In this document: in pieces, positions 1 to 7,816 of the stretch
Numbering within the stretch: position 1 is the stretch's first letter
Layout of the letters: every line of letters begins with the position of its first letter
From: a virus
Lineage: Duplodnaviria; Caudoviricetes
DNA length: 29,423 bases
IMG/VR virus record: IMGVR_UViG_3300037311_000442
Coordinates: 1 to 29,423 of that record
Direction: 5' to 3' (one strand)
Notes under the pieces: generated by a model
The model's input: only the letters and a program-made list of their open reading frames with translations
What the model was told of the DNA's origin: nothing
The model's database searches: none
Made by a program: the position numbers and the translations under genes

Positions 1-366
1 TTAATACTCAGTCGCGAGCATGATGGTCAGCACGCGGATGGTGACCTTTGGGTCAGCGGGGTTTTCTGATCCGAAAGTCAGGGTGTGGTCATAGTAGTCA
101 ATCTTCCAAAAGAAGTCGCGCCCTTCGACGACTACCTTGCCGAAGTCATGCTCGCCGTATGGGTCGTTGTCCTCGGTGAAGTTGTCGTAGTGCATGACGG
201 CGGCGAACAGTGCGGCGCGTGTATCATCGCTTAATTGATTCACGCCGCTGGTCGTCATGACCTTGCCTCCCCAGTATGTCTGGCGGAATCGGTCGTTCAA
301 AGCGGCGATGATCGGGCTTTGGTTGTCATGTTGGGGTGTTTCGGTGACATTTTCGGTGGTTTGCAT
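1..366 (-). CDS. DUF3768 family protein
   Basis: Motifs LNDRFR, DNDPYGEHDFG, FWKIDYYD, RVLTIMLAxEY. ATG at 366 is preceded by AAGGA; the ORF could start at 381. Confidence 0.85.
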   Translation of the reverse strand: MQTTENVTETPQHDNQSPIIAALNDRFRQTYWGGKVMTTSGVNQLSDDTRAALFAAVMHYDNFTEDNDPYGEHDFGKVVVEGRDFFWKIDYYDHTLTFGSENPADPKVTIRVLTIMLATEY

Positions 367-468
367 AGCATTTTCCTTCATTTGCTGGGGTTAAACCTTC
401 TATCGGATAACACCCTGCCACCTGCAATCAAGGCTCTTTTGCCTTTAATAACAATTGGTTGACCTTCT

Positions 469-520
469 GGGTCCTTCCCAAGCCGAACCTATACGGGGAC
501 GCTTGGCGTGGCATTTCGCC
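469..520 (+). other. Putative lambda-like cos site (cosQ 469-475, cosN-like 491-511)
   Basis: GGGTCCT is identical to lambda cosQ. It is followed by ATACG-GGGACGCTTGG-CGTGG-CATTTCGC, versus lambda TTACG-GGGCGGCGACCT-CGCGG-GTTTTCGC, upstream of a gpA-type terminase. Confidence 0.7.
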
Positions 521-576
521 AGCGACACGTTCCAGAAGTCCATTTCGTTTCGTTTTTTTCAAACATGGAGAACCCT

Positions 577-1170
577 ATGAAAGTCGAATTACTCGACCTC
601 AAAAAACTTGTGCCTTACGCCCGAAACCCAAGGATTACCGCGCACGCGGTGGACAAGGTGGCGGCCTCCATCAAGGAGTTCGGATTCCGCCAGCCGATTG
701 TCGTGGATTCCGAAATGGTCATCATCGCGGGGCATACACGCTATCAGGCAGCGCAGAAGCTGGGCTTGAAGAAAGTGCCTGTGCATGTGGCGCAGGGTTT
801 GTCCGCCGAACAGGTGAAGGCATATCGCATTGCTGACAACCGCACTGGTGAGGAAGCGCAGTGGGATAACGAAATGCTCTCCCTCGAATTGGCTGATCTC
901 GACAACATGTCATTCGACAAAGCGGTGCTTGGCTTTGAAGCGGCGGAATTGGAGCAGCTGCAGAAAAGCCTCGAAAGCCTACTGACCGACGGCATTGATG
1001 ACGACGAGGAAAAGCCCATCGACGAAGCCGACACCCGCGCAACCATCGGACCCTACAGCTTTGAGATTCCCCGCGAACGATACCTCGCATGGATTGAGGA
1101 AGTGAAACAGGAAGTCGGCTTCGACAAGGAAGCCATTGTCCACGAACTGAAAAAGAGGCTCAGCTTATGA
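577..1170 (+). CDS. ParB/Srx N-terminal domain protein (phage packaging-associated type)
   Basis: LVPYARNPR, SIKEFGFRQPIVVD, IIAGHTR, YRIADNR. SD GGAG (567-570) precedes ATG 577. No methyltransferase domain follows, only an acidic linker and short C-terminal domain. Confidence 0.88.
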   Translation: MKVELLDLKKLVPYARNPRITAHAVDKVAASIKEFGFRQPIVVDSEMVIIAGHTRYQAAQKLGLKKVPVHVAQGLSAEQVKAYRIADNRTGEEAQWDNEMLSLELADLDNMSFDKAVLGFEAAELEQLQKSLESLLTDGIDDDEEKPIDEADTRATIGPYSFEIPRERYLAWIEEVKQEVGFDKEAIVHELKKRLSL

Positions 1171-2681
1171 AACTGATCGACATTGATAGCCTGAACCCGT
1201 CCACCTACAACCCGCGCACCGCAGATCCTCGCCGCCTCGATTTGATTGAGCTGTCGCTTCGCAAGCTGGGCTTTCTCCTGCCCATCTATGCCACGCCCGA
1301 CGGCGAAATCATCTCTGGTCACCAGCGGCATCATGTGGCGAAGCGGCTGGGCGTGAAACAAGTGCCAGTGGAGTTCACCAGGGCGATGGATTTGGAGGAG
1401 CGCAAAGGCGTGAACGTCGCCTTCAACCGCGCCACCAATGATTTGCGCCCGAAGGATACGCCCGAGAATATCACCGATGCGCTGGCGCGGGTGGATGTGA
1501 AGGCGATTGCGGCGGCAATTCCTGACAAAACGCCTGACACGCCCGAGTTCTACCCGTGCCTGAAGGCGCAGGTGATGCCGATTGCGCCATTGCTCAAAGC
1601 CAACAAAGGCCGCTGGATCACCTATGCCACCAGCATTTCCAAGACGCTTTACCTCAAAGGCGTGCTGATGCCCGTGGTTGCCACCAAAGACCTGCGCGTG
1701 GTGAACGGCATTGGCCGCTTGCAGATGCAGGCGGAATCCAAACGCTCTGATGTGGCGGTGGTATTGGTGACCGAGGACGAAGCGCGGCTGGCCGATGCCA
1801 TGCTGAACCTGCTCTCGATGGATTTTGACATTCATAATCGTTACCGCGACCTGCTGCGCTACAATTCATTCCGCCGCCTGCGCCGCGTGCGCGAGGATCT
1901 GGGGCGTGGGTTTATTTTCGCGGTGGCTGGCAACAGCACGTCAAAGGATTTTGATGTGACCGAGCCGAAGAACCGCGACAAGTGGATGAAGGAACACGGC
2001 AAGTCGGTGCTGGATTTCGGCGCGGGGCATTTGCATGAAACGCAAATCCTGCGTTCCATCGGCGTGCGCGTCACTTCGTTTGAGCCATACCGCGTGAATG
2101 AGTCGGAGGAAATCGACAAGGCGGAATCGCTCCGCGTGGTGGATGAGTTCCTTGCCGATGTTGGTGATCGCAAAATCCCCTACAATTCGGTGTTCATCTC
2201 AAGCGTGCTGAATAGCGTGCCGTTTGAGGAAGATCGCAAGCACATCATTTGTCTGTGCGCCGCGCTCTGTTCTCCGCAAACGAAACTCTACGCGGTCGCC
2301 TCAAGTATCAACCACATCAACATTCGCCAGCTGAAAGGTTATAATTCCTTGAACGAACGGCAATCGACGGGGCGTGCCTTCCTGCTCGAATATGAATCGG
2401 GCATCACGCTGGGCGATATGACCAGCAGCCCGAAGGTGCAGAAGTACCATAGCCAGAACGAGTTCTATTGCCTGTTCAAAGAGTTTTTCGAGATCGTCCA
2501 GGTATCGGAGAGCAACAGCAACGTGCAGGCGGTATGTGCGAGGCCGAAACCGATTGATTACAAAAAGTTGAACGCAGCACTCGAGTTTGAATTCGATTTA
2601 CCCTATCCTGATGGCAGCAGGATGGGGCGTGTAATTGATGCAAAACGCGCTTTCTCCGAGCGAACGGGACTTGTGCTATGA
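1167..2681 (+). CDS. Tandem ParB-like domains fused to a class I SAM-dependent transferase domain
   Basis: ParB1 (YNPR, LGFLLPIY, IISGHQR), ParB2 (GVLMPVVA, VVNGIGR), then VLDFGAG, FEPY, SSVLNSV, QKYHSQ. ATGA overlap with the upstream gene. Confidence 0.75.
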   Translation: MKLIDIDSLNPSTYNPRTADPRRLDLIELSLRKLGFLLPIYATPDGEIISGHQRHHVAKRLGVKQVPVEFTRAMDLEERKGVNVAFNRATNDLRPKDTPENITDALARVDVKAIAAAIPDKTPDTPEFYPCLKAQVMPIAPLLKANKGRWITYATSISKTLYLKGVLMPVVATKDLRVVNGIGRLQMQAESKRSDVAVVLVTEDEARLADAMLNLLSMDFDIHNRYRDLLRYNSFRRLRRVREDLGRGFIFAVAGNSTSKDFDVTEPKNRDKWMKEHGKSVLDFGAGHLHETQILRSIGVRVTSFEPYRVNESEEIDKAESLRVVDEFLADVGDRKIPYNSVFISSVLNSVPFEEDRKHIICLCAALCSPQTKLYAVASSINHINIRQLKGYNSLNERQSTGRAFLLEYESGITLGDMTSSPKVQKYHSQNEFYCLFKEFFEIVQVSESNSNVQAVCARPKPIDYKKLNAALEFEFDLPYPDGSRMGRVIDAKRAFSERTGLVL

Positions 2682-3106
2682 TACTTTTGCTCGATCTTAA
2701 CTACACGCTGGTGGAAAACAGCGATGATAAACGCCGCCCTTTCATAAAACAGATCGAGGCAGAGCAATATCGTCGCTGGCTGGTGGAGTTAATCAGGCCG
2801 CATCACGTCATCATGATGACAGCGCGGCCTGCGATGCACCGAGAAGCAACACTTGCGAGCATTAGCGCAAAAACCGCCTGGTTACCCCAGGAAGCGCATT
2901 TCAATGTTTACGGGCTTACACCCCCGTTGGCAAAGGAACGGATGCTTGCGGAGCATGTGCTGCCTAAACATGGTCAAAGTATTGGCGGCGGGGCAACATT
3001 CCTCGCTATCGAAAGCAACCCAAGAACCCACGCAATGTATGCACGCTATGGCATTCGGTCGGTGAAGATCGAACCAGGTGAGCGTTGGGACGCATTACCC
3101 GAGTAA
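2678..3106 (+). CDS. Divergent HAD-superfamily protein resembling the T4 PNKP 3'-phosphatase domain
   Basis: Motif I LLDLNYTL, motif II MTAR, motif III K (LAKERML), motif IV LAIESNP. ATGA overlap with the upstream gene. Confidence 0.7.
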   Translation: MILLLDLNYTLVENSDDKRRPFIKQIEAEQYRRWLVELIRPHHVIMMTARPAMHREATLASISAKTAWLPQEAHFNVYGLTPPLAKERMLAEHVLPKHGQSIGGGATFLAIESNPRTHAMYARYGIRSVKIEPGERWDALPE

Positions 3107-3111
3107 ACATC

Positions 3112-3759
3112 ATGGATATTCCCCGCGAGTGGACGTTCGAGAACACGAAAGTGGCCTCGGGCTTCGATAGGCATGTGCGCGAGCAACTGCCTTGGTATGA
3201 TTTGGTCACTGGTGCGGTGGCGCATATCGCCCGTCATTACATCCCCAAAAATGGGCTGGTGTATGACATCGGCGCGTCCACTGGCAACATTGGCCAAGCG
3301 ATTGAAGAAACGATAGTTGAGCGCAAAGCCAAGCTGGTGGGTATCGAATCCAGCGCGGAAATGTGCGCGAGGTATAAAGCCCCTGGTGATTTGGTGCAGA
3401 TCGACGCGCTTGATTATCGCTTCCAGCCTTATGACTTGGCGATTTGCTATCTGGTGTTGATGTTTCTGCCCGTCGGCAAACGGCAGGAGTTTATCGACTA
3501 TCTGAAATCCCTCATCAAGCCAGGTGGTGCGCTGCTGATTGTAGATAAATGCGAAGCGGCCACGGGCTATGAAGCGACCGTGTTCTGGCGGCTGACACTG
3601 GCAGGAAAGATTGCCGCTGGTGTGGATGCACAAAGCGTCATCGCTAAAGAACTGAGTCTATCAGGCGTACAACGACCGCTCGACCCCGCCATGCTGGGTG
3701 ACGATGCAGTGCAATGGTTCCGCTTCGGCGATTTCGCTGGGTGGATCGTGACTAAATGA
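3112..3759 (+). CDS. CmoA-like SAM-dependent enzyme (carboxy-SAM synthase family, divergent)
   Basis: EWTFENTKVASGFDRHVREQLPWY, VYDIGASTG, IESSAEM, KPGGALLIVDK and WFRFGDF align by eye with E. coli CmoA [50 protein letters not shown] and WFQCFNF. Confidence 0.82.
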   Translation: MDIPREWTFENTKVASGFDRHVREQLPWYDLVTGAVAHIARHYIPKNGLVYDIGASTGNIGQAIEETIVERKAKLVGIESSAEMCARYKAPGDLVQIDALDYRFQPYDLAICYLVLMFLPVGKRQEFIDYLKSLIKPGGALLIVDKCEAATGYEATVFWRLTLAGKIAAGVDAQSVIAKELSLSGVQRPLDPAMLGDDAVQWFRFGDFAGWIVTK

Positions 3760-3769
3760 GAAAAATATC

Positions 3770-4315
3770 ATGCAACTTTTATACAAAGTCGCCGTCATTG
3801 CGCGGTTCTTGAACTTGACGGAACGGCGCGTGCAGCAGCTCGCTCGTGATGGCATCATCCCGAAACCAGAAAAGGGAAAATACGATCTGGTGGGATGTGT
3901 TCAAGGTTATATCGGCTACCTGCAAGCCCGTGCTTTTGGCAAGGACACTGGCACGGTGGATATGTACGCCGAACGCGGCAGGCTTCTCAGGCTGCAAGCC
4001 GATAGAGCGCAAATGGAACTGGATATGATGCGTGCAAGGCTCATTTCCGCAGATGAAGCGGAGGAACTTTGGGCAAGTCTGCTGGCCACCTTTCGCGCAC
4101 GAATGCTCGCTGTACCAACCCGTGCGGCGCACCTGGTGCTTCATCTCAAGGAGTTTTACGCGATCGAACAGAGCCTGCGCGATCTGGTGTGCGACGCATT
4201 AACGGAACTCGCACGCTATGACCCAGAGCAACAAATCAGGCCAGAAGGCGTTGAAACGCGCACTGAAACACTTGAAGCCCCCGCCGAGGCTGAAGGTGAG
4301 CCAGTGGGCGGATGA
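3770..4315 (+). CDS. Terminase small subunit (Nu1-like)
   Basis: N-terminal winged HTH (IARFLNLTERRVQQL...GKYDL), coiled coil (ERGRLLRLQADRAQM), position directly before gpA. Confidence 0.88.
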   Translation: MQLLYKVAVIARFLNLTERRVQQLARDGIIPKPEKGKYDLVGCVQGYIGYLQARAFGKDTGTVDMYAERGRLLRLQADRAQMELDMMRARLISADEAEELWASLLATFRARMLAVPTRAAHLVLHLKEFYAIEQSLRDLVCDALTELARYDPEQQIRPEGVETRTETLEAPAEAEGEPVGG

Positions 4316-6080
4316 ATACCGCTTTCTAAGCAGCGAAGCCAGCGCAGAACCTGGCAAATGGCACACCGACCGCGCCCCGTACCAGCGGGAAATGATGGAT
4401 GCAGTGAACGACCCCCGCACCGAGATGGTGGTCATCATGTCATCGGCGCAGGTGGGCAAAACGGAGATTATTAACAACATCATCGGTTACAACGTCCATC
4501 TCGACCCGTCGCCGATTCTACTGTTACAGCCAACGCTTGAGATGGCGGAAGCATGGAGCAAAGACCGCTTCGCGCCCATGCTGCGGGACACTTACGTTTT
4601 GAAAGGATTGGTGAAAGACCCGCGCACTCGGGATTCTGGCAACACGTTACTGCATAAGCGTTTCCCTGGTGGCCACATCACGATGGCGGGGGCGAATTCG
4701 CCTGCATCACTGGCCTCGCGCCCAATTCGGCTAGTGCTGTGTGATGAAGTGGATCGCTATCCTGTGTCAGCAGGCACGGAAGGTGACCCCGTTAGCTTGG
4801 CAAAAAAGCGCACCACGACCTTTTGGAATCGCAAGATTCTGCTGACTTCCACCCCCACCATTAAGGGGGCAAGCAGGATTGAAGCGGCATTCGAGCAAAG
4901 CGATCAGCGGCGGTTTTATGTGCCTTGCCCTCATTGCGGGGAAACGCAAACGCTGAAATGGCAACAGGTTAGATGGGAGCAAACCGAAAAGAAGGATGGT
5001 GAGGAAAAGCACCAGCCTGAAACCGCTGCCTATGTCTGCGAGCATAACGGCTGCATCATCACCGATGCAGAAAAAGCCGACATGCTGGTGAAGGGCGAAT
5101 GGATTGCCGAAGCTCAGTTTAACGGCGTAGCGGGGTTTCACCTCAACGAGCTTTACAGCCCGTGGGTGACCTTCACGCAGATGGTGGCGGAGTTCTTAAA
5201 AGCCAAGAAGCTGCCTGAAACCCTCAAAACATGGGTGAATACCTCGCTTGGTGAAACGTGGGAGGAAAGCGGCGAAAGCGTGGAAGCAGATGTGCTTCTT
5301 CAGCGCAAAGAAAGTTGGGGCAATGACGCGCCCGAACCTGTGGTGCTGGTCACTGCTGGGGTGGACGTACAAGGTGACCGACTGGAGATTGAAGTCAAAG
5401 GCTGGGGCTTGGGTGAAGAATGCTGGTCACTGGATTACCGCGTGTTTTACGGTGATCCAGCGCAAAGCATGGTGTGGCAGGAACTGGATGCGTATCTGCT
5501 GCAACCTATCCGCAGCAAGCTGGGCGTGAATCTGAATATCGCCTGCGTGTGCGTGGACTCTGGCGGTCACCATACGCAAGCGGTGTATGAGTTTTGTGGT
5601 GCGCGTGCGGTGCGCGGCGTGTTCGCTATCAAAGGGATCAGCCAAACGGCGAAACCTCTGGTGGGACGGCCGAGCAAAAACAACCGCTACAAGCTCAGGC
5701 TCTATCCTATCGGCACGGATACGGCGAAGGAAGTCATCTTCAGCCGCCTTCGGCTCACCGAGCCTGGGGCGGGTTACTTCCATTTTCCGCTGGAACGTGA
5801 CCGCGAGTATTTCTTGCAGCTGACGGGTGAGAAGCAAGTCACGCGCTTTGCAAAAGGTGTTTCAAAACGGGAATGGATTAAAACCCGCGCCCGAAATGAG
5901 GTGCTGGACTGCACGGTGTATGCGCTCGCGGCCTTCAAGCTACTCAATCCAAACCTCGCCAAGCTCGCCGAGGATTTGGAAAACGCGCCGCGCATCGTGG
6001 CAGAGCCGACGGATCAGGACAGTAAAAACCAACCAAACCAAGCGTGGATTCCACGCATGGACAACTGGCTATCGAGGTAA
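4218..6080 (+). CDS. Terminase large subunit (lambda gpA family)
   Basis: PPRLKVSQWAD, RAPYQRE, Walker A SAQVGKT, Walker B VLCDEVD, TSTPT, CPHC zinc motif, nuclease GVDVQ / VDSGG / NEVLDC. Confidence 0.97.
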   Translation: MTQSNKSGQKALKRALKHLKPPPRLKVSQWADEYRFLSSEASAEPGKWHTDRAPYQREMMDAVNDPRTEMVVIMSSAQVGKTEIINNIIGYNVHLDPSPILLLQPTLEMAEAWSKDRFAPMLRDTYVLKGLVKDPRTRDSGNTLLHKRFPGGHITMAGANSPASLASRPIRLVLCDEVDRYPVSAGTEGDPVSLAKKRTTTFWNRKILLTSTPTIKGASRIEAAFEQSDQRRFYVPCPHCGETQTLKWQQVRWEQTEKKDGEEKHQPETAAYVCEHNGCIITDAEKADMLVKGEWIAEAQFNGVAGFHLNELYSPWVTFTQMVAEFLKAKKLPETLKTWVNTSLGETWEESGESVEADVLLQRKESWGNDAPEPVVLVTAGVDVQGDRLEIEVKGWGLGEECWSLDYRVFYGDPAQSMVWQELDAYLLQPIRSKLGVNLNIACVCVDSGGHHTQAVYEFCGARAVRGVFAIKGISQTAKPLVGRPSKNNRYKLRLYPIGTDTAKEVIFSRLRLTEPGAGYFHFPLERDREYFLQLTGEKQVTRFAKGVSKREWIKTRARNEVLDCTVYALAAFKLLNPNLAKLAEDLENAPRIVAEPTDQDSKNQPNQAWIPRMDNWLSR

Positions 6081-6083
6081 AAA

Positions 6084-6287
6084 ATGGCATTTACGCAATC
6101 ACAATTGGACGCACTGGAAGCGGCAATCGCCTCTGGCACGCTTGAGGTACGCACGGGCGATAAGTCGGTGCGCTACCACTCGCTCGACGAGATGATAAAG
6201 CTCCGCGACGTAATCCGTAACCAACTGAATGCTGACGCGCAAACACCGACCAGCCGCGCCAGCTTCGCCAGTTTTGTGAGGTATTAG
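6084..6287 (+). CDS. Head-tail joining protein gpW-like
   Basis: 67 aa, LDALEAAIASG...VRYHSLDEM, between terminase and portal as in lambda. Confidence 0.88.
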   Translation: MAFTQSQLDALEAAIASGTLEVRTGDKSVRYHSLDEMIKLRDVIRNQLNADAQTPTSRASFASFVRY

Positions 6288-6289
6288 CC

Positions 6290-7816
6290 ATGTGGATTGA
6301 TGACATCATCGGGGTGTTTTCCCCACAATCGGCGTTCAAGCGGAAACAAGCCAGAATCGCAATGGATATGCTGGCGCGTGGCTATGAAGGCGCGAAAACT
6401 GGCAGGCGGATTGATGACTGGATCACCAGCGGCACTTCGGCCAATGCGGAAATCAGTAGTGCTGGCAACCGCCTGCGCGAGCGTTCCCGCGATTTGGTGC
6501 GAAATAATTGCTATGGCAGCAAGGCGGTGGAGATTTTCGTCGGCAATGCTATCGGCACAGGCATCACCGCGCAGGCTCGCACCAGTTCGGAACGGCTGAA
6601 TAAGCAGATCATGGCGGCATGGAATGAATGGTGCCAGTTCTGTGATGCGGATGGTGATTTGGATTTCTACGGGCTTCAGGCACTCGCTGCCCGTGCCATG
6701 TACGAAAGCGGCGAATGTTTTATCCTGTTCCGTGATCGCGGCTTGAGCAGCACCATGGGCGTGCCGCTTCAGTTGCAGATCCTGGAAGCGGATTTCCTCG
6801 ACACGGCAAAATCCACCGTGGGTGAGAACGGCAACACCATTCGCCAAGGCATTGAGTTCGACAAGCAAAACCGCCGTGTGGCTTATTGGATGTGGCCGCA
6901 ACACCCTGGCGAAATGATTGTTGGCTCGGCGCGTTTCCAAAGCGTGCGCGTGCCTGCCGATATGGTAGTGCATGTGTTCCGCAAACTCCGCCCTGGTCAG
7001 ACACGCGGTGTCACCGCTTATGCCCCCTCGATGGTGCGGATGCGTGACCTTGACGGTTATGATGACGCGGAATTGTGGCGCAAAAAGATTGAAGCCTGCT
7101 TTGCCGCCTTCGTGGTGCAGAATAACGGCTCGGATGGACCCATCGTCGGCAATGTTGTGAACAAAGCCGCCAGCGGTGGTGCGAGTGGTGAACCGCAGCG
7201 GGTGGAGCAATTCCGACCTGGTATGATCGAGTATTTGCACCCTGGTGAGGATATACGCTTCGGCAATCCCACCAGCGACGGGAACTATGAATCCTACGAA
7301 CGGGTGCAGCTGCACGCCATAGCCGCAGGGCTTGGCATTACTTACGAGCAACTGACGGGCGACCTCTCGCAAGTGAATTACAGTTCGCTTCGGGCTGGGT
7401 TGCTTGAGTTCCGCAGCCTGATCGAGATGCTGCGCTGGCAGGTATTCATCCCGAAAGTGTGCGCTCCCGTGTGGCGGCGGTTTATCGAACGCGCCTTCAT
7501 CGCAGGGGAAATCAGCAAAATCGACTACGCGGTGACATGGACACCGCCCAAGTTCGAGATGATCGACCCGCTGAAAGACGCGCAGGCCGACACCATGATG
7601 ATGCGTAACGGCACGCTGACGCTCAAAGAAGCGATTGCCCGTCATGGATTCGACCCCGAGCAGCAGCTGCAAGAAATCGCCGACACCGCGCAGAAACTCG
7701 ATGCGTTTGGCTTGGTGTTGGATAGCGATCCACGCACCACAGCGAAAAGCGGCGTGGTGCAAACCCCTAACGATGGAGCAAGTAATGACCAAACCACCAA
7801 ACCTTCAAACGAGTAA
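6290..7816 (+). CDS. Portal protein, lambda family
   Basis: LRERSRDLVRNN, DFYGLQAL, LQILEAD, GIEFD, RPGQTRG, LTGDLSQVNYSSLR, IDPLKD. Confidence 0.97.
   Translation: MWIDDIIGVFSPQSAFKRKQARIAMDMLARGYEGAKTGRRIDDWITSGTSANAEISSAGNRLRERSRDLVRNNCYGSKAVEIFVGNAIGTGITAQARTSSERLNKQIMAAWNEWCQFCDADGDLDFYGLQALAARAMYESGECFILFRDRGLSSTMGVPLQLQILEADFLDTAKSTVGENGNTIRQGIEFDKQNRRVAYWMWPQHPGEMIVGSARFQSVRVPADMVVHVFRKLRPGQTRGVTAYAPSMVRMRDLDGYDDAELWRKKIEACFAAFVVQNNGSDGPIVGNVVNKAASGGASGEPQRVEQFRPGMIEYLHPGEDIRFGNPTSDGNYESYERVQLHAIAAGLGITYEQLTGDLSQVNYSSLRAGLLEFRSLIEMLRWQVFIPKVCAPVWRRFIERAFIAGEISKIDYAVTWTPPKFEMIDPLKDAQADTMMMRNGTLTLKEAIARHGFDPEQQLQEIADTAQKLDAFGLVLDSDPRTTAKSGVVQTPNDGASNDQTTKPSNE

Noticed and set aside
577-2681. 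ParABS partition system
   Set aside because: No ParA, no HTH after the ParB domains and no parS palindrome seen.
3112-3759. Housekeeping tRNA modification gene cmoA
   Set aside because: No cmoB nearby, embedded in a phage operon, and the key Arg is not conserved.
6284-7792. 502-codon minus-strand ORF, and similar ones at 1053-1835, 7989-8675 and 9249-9896
   Set aside because: Antisense shadows of well-supported phage genes, with no recognisable motifs.
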